Made by a program: the position numbers and the translations under genes. Under the pieces are notes generated by a model, which saw only the letters and a list, made by a program, of their open reading frames with translations, searched no databases and was not told the DNA's origin. 64,000 nt of DNA from Camelus dromedarius (taxonomy: Eukaryota): positions 13,950,001 through 14,014,000 of the forward strand of contig NC_087436.1 of NCBI RefSeq assembly GCF_036321535.1, given 5' to 3'. Each line of letters opens with the position of its first letter. The first letter of the stretch is position 1. Of this stretch, positions 51,024-63,790 are shown in pieces.

Positions 51024-53308
51024 CACCACTTGAAGTTGAGGGGGTGGAAATTATTATTCTCATTTTACTGAGACAGAAGCTGAGACTCAGAGAGTTTAAC
51101 TACCTTCCCAAAGGCACCCAGCCCATAGGCAACGAAGCAGGCTCTTTCCTTCCACCAGCTGCTCCCCGAACAGAGGCGTGTGAAGAACTGAATCCATCCC
51201 CAGTGCAGAGGGAAAAATAAATAAATGACTTAAATGTATAATTATTTAGAAGTCAAAAAAAGAAAAAAGGCAGCTAGGCTCTCTTTCTAATGGGATAAAG
51301 ACACAAACCAGGGAAAATACAAAACCGGCTATCAAAGGCTTACTCAAAAAGTTTCATTTTCAGAAAACAGCCATAGAACTTTAGACCCGGAGTGGTTTTC
51401 TAAGTAAGCTGACCAGATACTCTCATTTTTCTGATGGGAAATCCAATGCCTTGCACAAAACTGAGTGACATGCCCAGAGTTACATAGCAAAATAGCAGCA
51501 AGATTCACATCTCTTAACTCCAAGACCAGTGTTCTTTCTACTGTGCTATACATCAAAAATTAACAAATCGATCTCCGATTAATTTTTCCTGAGTAGATCT
51601 CAAATTCTCTGCCTCTCCATAGTATTAGTAGACATAATTCCTACTCTCTGTAAACTCTTAGTGTAACGACCTACAGCCAATGTGACATTCTCTTGAGAGT
51701 TTACTGTTTCTTTCTTCACATGGTTTCTTAAACACCAATGAAGAAGAGAGTAATTCACAAGTTTTACTCTGGGAAGGACTATATTTGAACTCAGTTCATC
51801 TTAGCACAGGTAAGCCTCTTGGAAACTTGGAACAGGAAATGAACTAAGAACAAGAAGAAGGAGGCTTCGAAAGCACAGAAAGAAGATTTTGCCAGGAATT
51901 TCATCAAGAAAACACAACCACACAGGACTGAAAGTCTCCGACCACGCTGTCCCACACCCCCCCAGAGGCCCGTCTCTTTCCTGACCACAGTATCTCTTGG
52001 CATTGGCCTGTTGCTGTTATTAAACGTAATACACAAAATAATTACAGGGGGAGACGTATGTTCTTTTCAAAGACGGGGAGGTGACATCATCACTTTCTAA
52101 ATTTCAAACCATTAGATTATGCAATTCAGAAAATTGCTATATGCCCTTTGAGAACGCTCATCACACAATTAAAAATTTACTCTTGATCCGAAACAGCTAC
52201 CTCTTAGTCACCCACCTCTTGGCAACCTGAAGCTTCAATTACCCATCAGCAGAGCTTCACTCAACCCTCCTCAGAGCTGAAGCCCCAATTAACTGATTTA
52301 GTTTAACAACCCATAGCATCCAATTATCAAGCCCCTGATTTGCCAGCACACAAAACACTGTACTGAAGCAAAAATATTAAATTGTTTACTGATATTTTTT
52401 TTAAAGTGATACACACATAAAACTAGGTTCTCATGTTGGGAGAGCCTATGATTAATGGAATTGAGTGAAGTCAGAATAGAGGCCCTTTGGATAATATACA
52501 GATGAATGGTTAGACCCTTAAGTCTTCTCAGAAGATTCTGAAAATTATACACTTCTAAGGACAAATCCTTTACTTTCTTTTTTAGGGCAATAAAAGTTAT
52601 GCACAGGCAACATGGCTTAATAAAGGGAAGAAGTCAAAGATTTAACCATCAGTGACATCGAAGGACTTTGTAGATAGAAGGAATGAGAGAAACAATCTTC
52701 TCTTAACTTGACAAGACTTTTGATTTTGTTCTGCTTAGCTGTTCCTCAATGCATTGTCAATTATGGATCAGAATCATTCGTTCTTTGGTCTACCCACCAC
52801 CTGTTAAAGAAGTGAAAATTTCTAAACACGTTCCACTAGACTTTCATCATCCTCAAATACATATGTTCTTTGTAGGAGAGGCTATTTATAAGTAATTATG
52901 TGGATGTTCCATATTTACTATCCTATATGACTTCTTTGTACTTTTCTGAGAAAGACACCAATAGTAGGGCTTAAAGTCAGGTTTCATATGAAGTTGAGCG
53001 GTGAAGAAGACTCTGTTAACTATACATCAGCATGAATGTACTTTTCCTTTTCCAACCATGCTGGTAGATTTTTACAAGCCTCCTAAAGTCTTTGTTCTGT
53101 CCCCATAGTACCAATGACCCACTTTGCAAAATGATGCCTGAAGTTAGGCCATAGCCACAGAAAAGACCAGTATGTTGACTTACATGGTGGACCAAGCAAA
53201 GGCCTTGGGCCCATTTGCCATCGCTTAGCCCACTGAGCTAAAGCATGATGACCTTTAACACCATGAAGGCTTTCAGTTAGTTGGTGAAGATCAAGAAGAG
53301 ATTTGCTG

Positions 53309-53640
53309 AACTGGATAAAGAAGATGTGATATATATACACAATGGAATACTACTCAGCCATAAAAAAGAATAAAATAATGCCATTTGTAGCAACATGGAT
53401 GGACCTAGAGATCATCATTCTAAGTGAAGTAAGCCAGAAAGAGAAAGAAGAATACTATATGGAATCTTAAAAAAAAAAAGGACACTATGAACTCATCTGC
53501 AAAACAGAAACAGACTCACAGACATAGTAAACAATCTTTAACAGTTACCGGGGGAAGGGGTGGGAAGGGATAAATTTGGGAGTTTGAGATTTACAAATGT
53601 TAGCCACTAATATAAAAATAGATTTTAAAAAAGTTTCTAG
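53309..53640 (+). mobile_element. 5'-truncated camelid L1 fragment
   Basis: ORF2 end (ggataaagaagatgtg...) and partial 3'UTR. Confidence 0.9.
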
Positions 53641-54339
53641 AACTATATTATCATAAAGCAATCAGTTGTTAAAAAACAAAACAAAAAACTACAAAAAGTA
53701 GGAAGCTTAGCTAACATCTCCCTAGAATTCTACCTAATAGCCTAAAATCTCAGTACATTTCTCCAAGCATAGCTTATTTGAGTTCCACTGAATCTCTGTG
53801 GTACGCTAAATCAGTTGTATAATTATGCAATTCTGATTTTAAATTGCTCAAGTTTAAAGGTACCCATGTTCCTCATTATTGTGTTTTAGACATTCATTTG
53901 ATGGTGGCTGTCCAATTTATAGTGATTTCTCCTTCTTTGGGATGGCCCATGACACAGAGGTAGCCCCAAAGGGAGCTGGTCTTTCTTAGCCTTTGGATGG
54001 AATCGCTGGCATGTCCTCTCCAATAACTTTTCCAGTCACATTCAGGTAATTAAAATCTTCTAACAATAGTCCATATCTATAGAGGCCCTACTGTGTGTCA
54101 CACAGTCCTAAGAGCACTAAGCATTATTTCCTCCAGCCTCACAACTATATGAATTGTCATTAGAAATACAATGTTGTACACATGAAACTTTAAAAAATAT
54201 ACAGATATATATTTTTACCCCAAAATTAAAAATATAAATATAAATATAAAAAATAAAAGTCTTCTGAGCATTTTCAATACCAAGAAGATCTTATTTCAGT
54301 CATTTGATTATCTTATAAAACAAAAAATGGGGGTGATAA

Positions 54340-55480
54340 CAGGGAAAAATTGATAAATAGAACTTTATCAAAGTTTAAAAACATCTGTTCTCCACAAGAC
54401 ACTATTAAGAAAATGAAAAGGCAAATCACAGGCTGGAAGAAAATATTAGCAACTATATCTGATAAAGAATTCGTGTCCAGACTATGTGAAGAATACAGCT
54501 CAATAACCAAAAAACAAATAACTCACTAAAAAAAAAAGGACAAAACATGTGAACAGGCATGGACCAAAAAAAATATGAATGGCTAATAAGCACATAAGAT
54601 GCTTAATATCATTAGTCATCCAGAAAATGAACATTGAAACTGCAATGAGGTACCATTGTACCACAATAGGATAGCTAAAGTGAAAACATCTGATATTACC
54701 AAAAGTTGTCAAAGATGTGGAGCAACTGGAACTCTCATACATTCAAATAACATGAGTTATTTTGTTTTCTGATTATTGAGCTGTATGTTTCTTCATATAG
54801 TCTGGACACAAGGTCTTTGTCAGATACAGTTGCTAATTCTCATATATTGTTTGTGGGAATATAGAATGGAACAACCACTAAAGGAAAACACTTTGACAAT
54901 TCATTATACAGGTAAACACACAAGTATCATACAACCAAACAATTTCCAGCCCTGGGTAATTACCTAGAAGAAGTGAACACATGTCTAATGAAGACTTGTG
55001 AAAAGAATATTATTCTTTATTAATAATAGTCCAAATCCGGGAGAAAAACCCAAATGTCCAGCATTAGGAGAATGGAAAGTAAACTATGGTATATCCATTC
55101 AATAAAGCATTACTCAGCAATAAGAAGGAACAAACTACTGATACACACAACATGGATGAATCTCAAAAGCATTACACTGAGTGAATGAAGCCAGACACAC
55201 GGGAGTACATACTATAGGACTCCATTTGAATGAAATTCTACAAAGTGCAAGTTGAACAGCGGTGGCAAAAGGTAGAAGACCAGTGGTTCCCTGGGGCTGG
55301 AAGGAGATGGAAAATGGCTGGAAGGGACACAGGGAACTTTTGGAGATGGTGGAAATATTGTGCCTTGATGGCGTGGTGCTTATGCAGGGGTATCCATTTA
55401 TCAAAACTCACTGAACTGTGCACCGAAAATGGGTGCAGTTTATTGGATGTAAGTTAGACCTCTTAATAAAGGTGATTTTA
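54340..55480 (+). mobile_element. Ancient L1M fragment containing an internal inverted duplication
   Basis: Decayed ORF2 end and 3'UTR. 54753-54837 is an inverted copy of about 54445-54525. Confidence 0.85.
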
Positions 55481-55495
55481 AAAACATTCTTTCCA

Positions 55496-55880
55496 GACAA
55501 ATATCATATGATATCACTTATATGTGGACTCTAAAAAAAATTGATACAAATTCTATTTACAAACCAAAAACAGACTCACAGACATAGAAAACAAACTATG
55601 GATACCAAAGAGGAAAAGCTGGGGAGGGATAAATTAGGGGTTGGGGATTAACAGACACATATTACTATATACAAAATAGATGAATCACAAGGACCTACTG
55701 TATAGCACAGGGAACTATATTCAGTTTCTCGTAATAACATATAATGGAAAAGAATCTGAGAAGAAAATATATGTGAATGTATATGCATAACTGAATCACT
55801 TTGCTGTACACCTGAAACTAATATTGTAAAACAACTACCTTTCAATAAAAAATTTAAAAAAAAACAACAAAAACCAAAAC
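55496..55880 (+). mobile_element. L1 3'UTR fragment
   Basis: gacaaatatcatatgatatcacttatatgtgg...aataaa plus A tail. Confidence 0.9.
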
Positions 55881-56775
55881 ACCCTTTCCAGCGTAATGAT
55901 GACAACGCCAAGCTCTTACTTCATTTAGAGCTTCTCCTGCAGTTCCTTTTCATCCTGGAAACCTGAGTAGAGCTATGAGGAAAGGCTGGATTTCTTTCTT
56001 CTACATTCTACTTCCTCCTCCCACTACTTGTGAGGTTTCCGCCCTTCCAGAGTTACACTGAAGAGGGAGAACTGAGGAAAGGTGGTCACAGTCTTTGAGT
56101 CCAGATGTCATAGGACATTGGTACACCTGGGACTTGGCAGCTGCCTGAAACTGGCACTTCGTCTCCTGAAAGGCATTTGCGGGGCCCTGGAGATTGCTCT
56201 GTTGTGAAGTCCAGTTAAAATTCCCATGATGTGGCTGTCACTGAGAGTCAGTGCCTCATCATTCAGGGGCGAACTCCCACAGACTCTCCCTTTGTCAGGT
56301 CCCAATCCCTCTTCCACGCAGCCCTCTTGGACAAGGGCCTCTTGAAGTGGCTCCCACTGGACCCTCAGGCTTGCCCCGACCACTGGGGGGCAGCAATAAC
56401 CCTCAGTGCCTCCTTCTTCCTCTCCCTCTGTTCTCACCCCAGTCCTTATGCTCTTACCCTCTTCAGGATGGGTATCAAGTTCTCTGAAGGGTCTTCTGGA
56501 ATCTCCCTTTGTCATGTGGTTCAAGGTGAGGAGGAAGCACCTCCTCCCTCTCCCATGGGTGGGGCGGGGACAGGGAAGCTCACACACTGACCATCATCTT
56601 CAAAGAGCCAAAGAAAGCCTCAAGGTGGGGGATGGGCTTAGGGCCACGAAACAAGTACCGGCCACCCCCTAGGTAAGTCCTTCGTGGGGGACTTACCTTG
56701 CTTTTGCTCATGAGTGTAGGCGACACCTACTATTTTTCTTGACCTTTGGGGTTTTCTGTGTTCACTCATACAGAA

Positions 56776-57040
56776 AGCATTCTGTGTTAGCATTGATCTG
56801 TGACTGTAAACACCTACAAATAAATTCTGATACTTCCATAAACATACTGCTCAAACATTCTGAATTTCAGATTTATCATTATTTATGACATGGTAATAGA
56901 TTCTTTTTTCTTTTTAGCATTCTGTGTTAGCACTGATTTGTGTCTGTAAATACCTACAAATAAATTCTGATACTTCCATGAAAATACTGCTCATTCAGAA
57001 ATTCAAATTTACCATATTTATGATATGGCAATAAATCCAT
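56776..57040. repeat. Tandem duplication, two diverged units with 140-bp period
   Basis: agcattctgtgttagca starts at 56776 and 56916, and both units contain cctacaaataaattctgatacttccat. Confidence 0.92.
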
Positions 57041-57125
57041 TTTTTTTTAATGTAGGCACTGGGGATTGAACCCAGGATCTCGTGCGTGCTAAGCATATGC
57101 TCTACCACTGAGCTATCCCACCCCC
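57040..57125 (-). mobile_element. Vic-1-type SINE
   Basis: Reverse tRNA-Ala head with poly-T. Confidence 0.9.
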
Positions 57126-57984
57126 TAATAGATCCTTAATTAGAGTTATCACCATATACAATTTTCTCTTTAAAAACAAGCACGTTTCACAAGCGTGATC
57201 TGAATTTTTAATATTAGAAAAAAATTTCTTTACTAATTTGTGGCAAGGGGATTTTATTAGAATCTACTCTTTTTCTGGAAAGTTCCAATAAACACAATAC
57301 CATCAGCCTCTCTGGGCAACTCTGGCAATTTGTGTTTTCTTTAGACCAGCTTCCCTGTGTAGGCAAAGCTTGTCTTCTCAGTCTTTCCCTTCTGGACATT
57401 TCTTAAGATCTAGAAGAGAGACAGAGGGCAGACAGGGTGTGGCTCTAATTCAGTCAGAGCTCAGGGAAGAAAGGCCCAGGCTGGGGAGAGCTGCGCTTCC
57501 CTTTCAGGGACTTGGCAGCCAGGACAGCATTTGGAGAGCTGCCCTCAGGTGCAGCCGGCTGGCATCTTAGGTCCCGTGTAACTCTAGGAGATTCTGTCCC
57601 GGGCTGTCCCTCGAGCCCCAACAAAAATTCCTTCCTTAGCCGCAAAGCATGAGATAAGGGCTCTTCCAGCTCCTTTTAGGTTTGATGAGGATGATACGGT
57701 TCAAAGTTTTCAAGATTCACCTGAGGCTTAAGCACCGTTTCCTAGAAAGTCTCTAAAAACTCTCCACATTTCTTCTGCTTGTTTGTTTTAAAGAATGAAA
57801 TTCTGAAGCTATCCCCATCCCATCTTCAGACTCCAGTTTGAGTCTGTGTCATTGAATCACAGACTGTTAGAGCCAAATGTAACCTAAGAGGTCTTCACGT
57901 CATAGATAAGTAAACCGTGACCCAGGGAGGTGATGTGGCCCAGTTCCCAGCACCCAGACCAGACTCCAGACTCTGCCAGGCTGC

Positions 57985-58214
57985 ATGGGGGTTCTCAGCC
58001 CCTGCACCCCTGATATCTGGCTGGAGAATTCCATGCTGCGGGGCTGTCCTGTGCACTGCAGGATGTTTAGCAGCTTCCCTGGCCTCTCCCCTCTAGATGC
58101 CAGAAGCACCTCTTCTGTCTCCTCCATTGCGACAGCCAAAACTGCCCCTAGACATTGCCAAATGTCCTGAGGGGGGTGGGGGTGGGAAAAATCAGCCTGG
58201 TTGAGAATCACCAG
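57985..58214. mobile_element. MER20 hAT-Charlie MITE
   Basis: ggttctcagcc...ggttgagaatcac termini; gggctgtcctgtgcactgcaggatgtttagcagc and cctagacattgccaaatgtcc internal motifs. Confidence 0.9.
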
Positions 58215-58262
58215 TCTAGCAATTTCCTCGGTCCCCTGCCCACGGTGGGCCAGTTGTTTTGA

Positions 58263-58925
58263 TTTCTTTTTATTGAGGTTTAGTCAGTTTACAATGCGTC
58301 AATTATTTCCATAATGTTTCAGTCATAAATACATATACAAATATTCGTTTTCATATTTTTCCATTATAAGTTACTATAAAATATTGAATATAGTTCCCTG
58401 TGCTATACGAAAGAAATTTGTTGTTTATCTATTTTATATATACTATTTAATATTTGCAAATCTCAAACTTCCAATTTATCCCTTCCCACCCCCACACCCC
58501 CGGTAACTGTAAGATTGTTTACTATGTCTGTGAGTCTGTTTCTGTTTTGTAAATAAGTTCATTGATGTCTTCTTTTTTCTCTTTTTAGATTCCACATACG
58601 AGTGATAGCATATGGTATTTTTCTTTCTCTGTCTGGCTTACTTAACTTAGAATGATGATCTCCAGTTCCATCCATGTTGCAGCAAATGGCATTATTTTAT
58701 TCTTTTTTATGGCAGAGTAGTTAGTATTCCATTGTATAAATATACCACAACTTCTTTATCCAGTCATCTGTTGATGGACATTTAGGTTGCTTCCATGTCT
58801 TGGCTATTGTAAATAGTGCTGCTGTGAACATTGGGGTGCATGTATCTTTTTGAATCAGAGTTTGCTCTGGGTGTATGCCCAGGAATGGGATTTCGACTGG
58901 ATCATACGGTAAATTTATTTTTAAT
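58263..58925 (-). mobile_element. 5'-truncated camelid L1
   Basis: Reverse ORF2 end and 3'UTR. Confidence 0.92.
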
Positions 58926-59229
58926 TTTTGATTTGTTTTTTAGTTGTAGTTGACTTACAACGTTGTGCTAGTTTCTGGTGTACAGCATAGGGATTCAGGA
59001 TGGGTAGGTTTAATGACCACGGCTGTCTGCACAAGTGCACCTTCCTTTGTTCCCTTCCCCCAGTCCGTGCTAATTGAACCCAGTCTTTATCATCCACCTC
59101 CCTCCTCAGTGAGAGAAGCCCTGGTCTGTGCTCACAGGACCGCAGGAATCACGAAGGCCTCTTCTGCTTCTGCAATGCTCCTCAGATGACTTCCTATGTC
59201 CTGTGTCCCCAGCCCTTTTCGGAGCTCCT

Positions 59230-59530
59230 GAGAGCGGAGCTACATCCTCCTTGATTGGTGTCACTCACCCCACGCCGTCCCCACCGCAGGCAGTGCTAGG
59301 GACCAAGCAGGAGAATCAATGTGACTGGCGAACCACTCTTCCCTGGGCCCTGGCTCTAGTGCTCGATCACACGTGGAAGCATCGGGGCAAAGGTGAAAGC
59401 GGTATCGCCCGGAAAATGACTGACCCGCAGCCCCTCAGCCGCTCTGGACCCACACAGCCAATCCTGAGAATGCACAGGCTGCCGCAGGACACAGGGAGGG
59501 AAAGTCTCCAAGACCCACGTCCGTTTTCAC
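59230..59530. promoter_or_regulatory. Candidate SREBP/NF-Y regulatory module
   Basis: ATTGG at 59254-59258, CTCACCCCAC at 59264-59273, CACGTG at 59370-59375, CCAAT at 59458-59462, with local CpG excess. Confidence 0.45.
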
Positions 59531-59565
59531 TTTGTGTAAGTGAGGCTGGAACTGAGTAAACTCGA

Positions 59566-59723
59566 TTTTCTTATTTTCTTTTTCTTCCTTTTTTTTTTTT
59601 TTTTTTTTTGGTGGGGAGTGGGTAATTTAGTTTATTTGTTTATTTTAATGGAGGTACTCGGGGTTGAACCCAGGACCTCATACGTGCTAAGCACATGCTC
59701 TACCACTGAGCTGTACCCTCCCC
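59566..59723 (-). mobile_element. Vic-1-type SINE
   Basis: Reverse tRNA-Ala head and long poly-T. Confidence 0.92.
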
Positions 59724-60335
59724 TCTGGAACTGAGCGAGCTTGAGGTAGAAAGGCCAACATGGGAAAATGAAAACACTCGTGAGATTTCCAAATGTAGAC
59801 ACTAAGTGAAAGCTGTATGATGAGGAGCCTGTCACATAAGGAACTAACTATATCACGTACTCTTTTCCCCAGAAAGCTTTTGTGGAAAGAATAAACTCTG
59901 CTCTCGGGAAACTGCAGTCAAAATGAAAGAGACTCGTTCATTCATTCGCTCATTCATCTTTGCAATTCACCCAGTAAATACATGGGAAGAATGCAGGTAT
60001 CAAAAAAGGGTGAATCACTGTGGAATAAGGCTGCCTAGGGAGTGTCAGAATGCCCAGCTTGGGCATTCGTCCTAGAAAATGGTATGTGAAAATGGAATAG
60101 GGCCCTATTTGACTCCCCAAAGGCCTGGCATTCCTCACCATGCAAAAGGTGACAGCTCTTTGCCGTGCACACAGGGGAATATTATTGTGAGACCGACCAC
60201 AAGTGAGTAATGCTGAGCCTATCCCTCCTGACACCTGGGCTCCAAAGCCCGCCCAGGCCACCACTGGGGAGAACGGGGCTCCCTTCCAAGTGCCCAGACC
60301 GCTTCCTGTCTCTTGAGCTACTCCTCATCCTCCCA

Positions 60336-60739
60336 GTTATAGCCTGAATATTTGTGCCCTCCCAACTCGCAATTCACACGTTGAAGCCCTAACCCCTGTG
60401 TGGCTGTATTTGGAGCCGGAGCCTCTAAGGGAGTAGTTAAGGTTAAAGAGTTCACAAGGGTGGGGTCCTGATCTGGCCAGATTAGCGTCCTCCCAGGAAG
60501 AGACAACTAAGAGCTCTGCTCTCTCTGCCCTCCGCGCATGCGCCCCGAGGAAAGGCTGCGTGAGAGCACATGAAGAAAGCGCCCTCTGAAAGCCAGCAAC
60601 AGAGCTCCCTCCTGAGCCTGGCCACGCTGGCACCTTGATCTCAGACTTCCAGCCTCCAGAAGGGTGAGAAAACACATTTCCACTGCTGAAGCCACCCAGG
60701 CCGTGGCACTTTGTTTCGGCAGCCCCAGCGGACTAATAC
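60336..60739 (+). mobile_element. MLT1A-like LTR
   Basis: gttgaagccctaacccc; ctggcaccttgatctcagacttccagcctccaga; gactaatac end. Confidence 0.85.
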
Positions 60740-61096
60740 CCTCCCTGCCCTCTGTGGGGGGGCTCCCGGCCCAAGGGAAAAGGCCCCTGCGCCCTGGAAG
60801 CTCGCACCGCGCAGCCCAGCTTTCACAGTATTGAGCAGTGCTGCGTGCTTTACCCTGATGCTTCCATTGATGCTCTGTGAGGTCGGCCATTGTCATCCTC
60901 CCTTTGCAGATGAAGAATGTGAAGCTCAGAACAGTTAAACTTGCCCAAGATAAGACTGACCAACGTGGTGCAGCTGGAACTAGAGAGAACACATCGCTGA
61001 AAGTTCCGTATGACCGTCTGACCCACACCTGCAAGGGATGCTCCTCTCTGCTTGGGGAAGGGGGGAGGGTTCTCATTGCTAATCTCTGACCATCTT

Positions 61097-61278
61097 TTTT
61101 TTTTTTTTTTAATGAAGTATAGTCAGTTGCAATGTGTGAATTTCTGATGTACAGCATAATGTTCAGTCATACATATACATACTTATATTAGTTTTCATAT
61201 TCTTTTTCATTATAGGTTATTACAAGATACTGAATACAGTTCCCTGTGCTATACAGAAGAAATTTGTTTTTTATCTAT
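61097..61278 (-). mobile_element. Short L1 3'-end insertion
   Basis: Poly-T plus reverse 3'UTR. 12-bp TSD tctgaccatctt (61085-61096, 61279-61290). Confidence 0.92.
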
Positions 61279-62339
61279 TCTGACCATCTTCTTGTTTATT
61301 CGTTCACAGGGGCGCCCTAGGCTCTTTCTCACCCACAGACCAAGCCCCCGCACTCCAAGTCCTCTCTCTTGGCTGGGCTTCCTACCAGGGTTGCAAACTC
61401 GTGCATTGATCTGGCCCTGATACCACATCACCCGCTCCCTTCCCCTACAGCCATCTGGACAATCCTGCCCCACCCCTTAGCAGGATTCACTGCACCGATG
61501 GCGGAGCTGGGGCTGTGGACATGGTCCCCGTGCCTTTCCAACTTTTGTCACTTTCTCCATGCAGCCCTCCTCCAGCCCTTGCAGACACCCTCAGCAGGTG
61601 TCTTTTTCTTCCACTTCACACAATACATGCCTTCTAGGAACATTTATCATTCTACTGGGGCCATGGAGCCTCATCATGGGCGTGGGAAATAATGCAACTG
61701 TTAAATCATCAGGACAAGCCTGAGGGATGAGAAGCAGCCCCGGCGACATCTCCCAGGGGCCGGCGCAGACACGTGGGCTGTGTGTTCAGAGAGCGGGTGG
61801 CTCTGCACCAGTACAGGCCGGAAGGGCTCCGGAGCAGGTGGCATCCGAGGCAGCATCACGTGGTGGGGCTCAGGCTTTGGAGCCATTCACGCATTCATTC
61901 ATTCATCTATTCATTCATCAAACCTTTATTCTGTTCCAGGTGCCACGTGGGCTGTTGGAAATACAGCTATGAACAAGCTCCCTGGGGAAATCAGACACTA
62001 AGGCGATCACAGGCTTGGACGGAGGCTCTGGGCAGCTAAGCAGGGTGATGCCATAGAGAATCCAGGGGCAGGAAGTGCATCTTGAGGAGGTGAAGGAGAA
62101 AACCCGAAGCAGAGGACAGAGCAGCCCTGAGCTATGTTGTGGGAATGAGGAACACAAAGAGGCCAACAGGACTGGAGGACAGTAACAATTTTTATAATTT
62201 CACTCAAGAATTAAAAAGTATTCTGAAACACCTCATGGATTTGGGGAGAAATCCACAAAATTATAAAATAAACCATTCTATATTGTGTGCACCCTGAATA
62301 CCAGAAATGAACTCTTGTCCATAACGCCAACACTGCGTG

Positions 62340-62515
62340 GGTGCCTGCTGTGGGGCAGGGCCATGCTCTCTGCTTTTACTATCGTGGAATAGCTCACTTA
62401 ACCCTCAAAACAGCCCCACCAGGTGCGTCCTATTCACAGATGAGAAAACTGAGTCACAGGCACATGTTGCCCATAGTCACGCGGCTGAGAAGTGGCAGAT
62501 GCGGGCTTGAACTCC
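62340..62515 (-). mobile_element. MIR SINE
   Basis: ttcacagatgagaaaactgagtcacagg core. Confidence 0.7.
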
Positions 62516-63579
62516 CCACCCTCAGCCATGACCCCACACCACCTCTCACGTCTTTTTCCCTCTAAGGCCCTTGGAGAAGGGCAGTCACATCAAGAAGCCT
62601 GTCTTGGACTCTAGTCTCTTCACCATGTCCAAGTTCTGATCTCAAAAAACACTGTGTCTGCAAATACAATGGTTCAGGCACCTGTGCCCCTTTGGCTTCA
62701 CTTCTGATTCTGAACCAAAGAACTCCTTCCTCATCTCCTTCCATCACTTCTTATCTGTCCAAGGGCCTCAGTTTCCTCACCTGTGAAATGGGCTGCTGTG
62801 AGCCCTCAATGGACTGTAGAGGGTAGGAAGCCTTCCCAGCCCTTCCCTGGCTTTTCCTTCAAAGACCAGAAGGTGTCAGGGGCCTGGATGAAGCACAGCT
62901 GGTCATTAGGACGCAGTAACACTGTTTTCTCGCCCATGTCCATTTCTAAAAACAAAGAGCTCCAGTGCCAGGCCCGCAGGATAGGAAGCAGATGTTCAGA
63001 GAGCAGAAACCCATGTCTTCTAACACCTCCGCAGCACCTTCCTCAACACAGGAGCCGCAGCATCACCTGAGGAGAGGAAGGGTCATGAGCTGGACCACAA
63101 AAGGGGCAGGCAGCCAACAGACATCTGACGGCCCTAAGGAAGCAGGATGCCCTGTGTGTGCCCCCTCCAGCCCAGGGCTACCTACGGGGTTGCTGGGGTG
63201 GAGTCCAAACAAGAGGGGAAGGGTGCCAGGACTCGTCACTGCCACACACCCCCTTTTTGCATCCTGGCCTTGTCTTTTTCTGGGTGGGGGAGGGCGGTTT
63301 GAGAGCTAGAGTCGCCTTCAGACTGGGAGGTGGCAGAGTGCAGGGCCACGAGCCTTTCACCATCTGGTAGGTCTTTGTTTGGAGTAAGTCAGCCTGCTGT
63401 GTCAGCTGGGGGCGAGGAGAGCCCTTACTCTGCCCAGTGACTATCCCAACCTTGGCCCTGTGGTCCCTGCCTGGCATGCTACACCTGCTCCCTTAGCCTG
63501 ACATTTGTGATCAGAGCTCATGGGGCCTCCAGAACGGCCTCCTTTCTCCAGCCTGCTTCTTAAAGGCTTTTTAGAGAGG

Positions 63580-63790
63580 CAGTTCAGCAAAATGGTTAGT
63601 GCGAACTGCCTGGACAGTGTCCCACCTCTTCTGCAGGACTTGGGCACATCACTGAATCACTGTGGGCCTCTAGGTCCTCATCTGTAAAACAGACTTAGTC
63701 ACAGGATCCACTTCCAAGGGTTGTGATGAGAACACACAAGTCAGGACTGGGACCAGTGTGAGGCTCAGTATGTAAGAGTTAGCTCCTGCT
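63580..63790 (+). mobile_element. MIR SINE
   Basis: gacttgggcacatcactgaatcactgtgggcctc...cctcatctgtaaaac. Confidence 0.7.

Noticed and set aside
56806..56826. miR-30-like sequence tgtaaacacctac
   Set aside because: No pre-miRNA hairpin partner, it diverges after the seed, and it lies in the tandem duplication.
60507..61157. 216-aa minus-strand ORF
   Set aside because: Runs through L1 tail, MIR-like and MLT1 sequence with a non-ATG start, so it is a chance frame.
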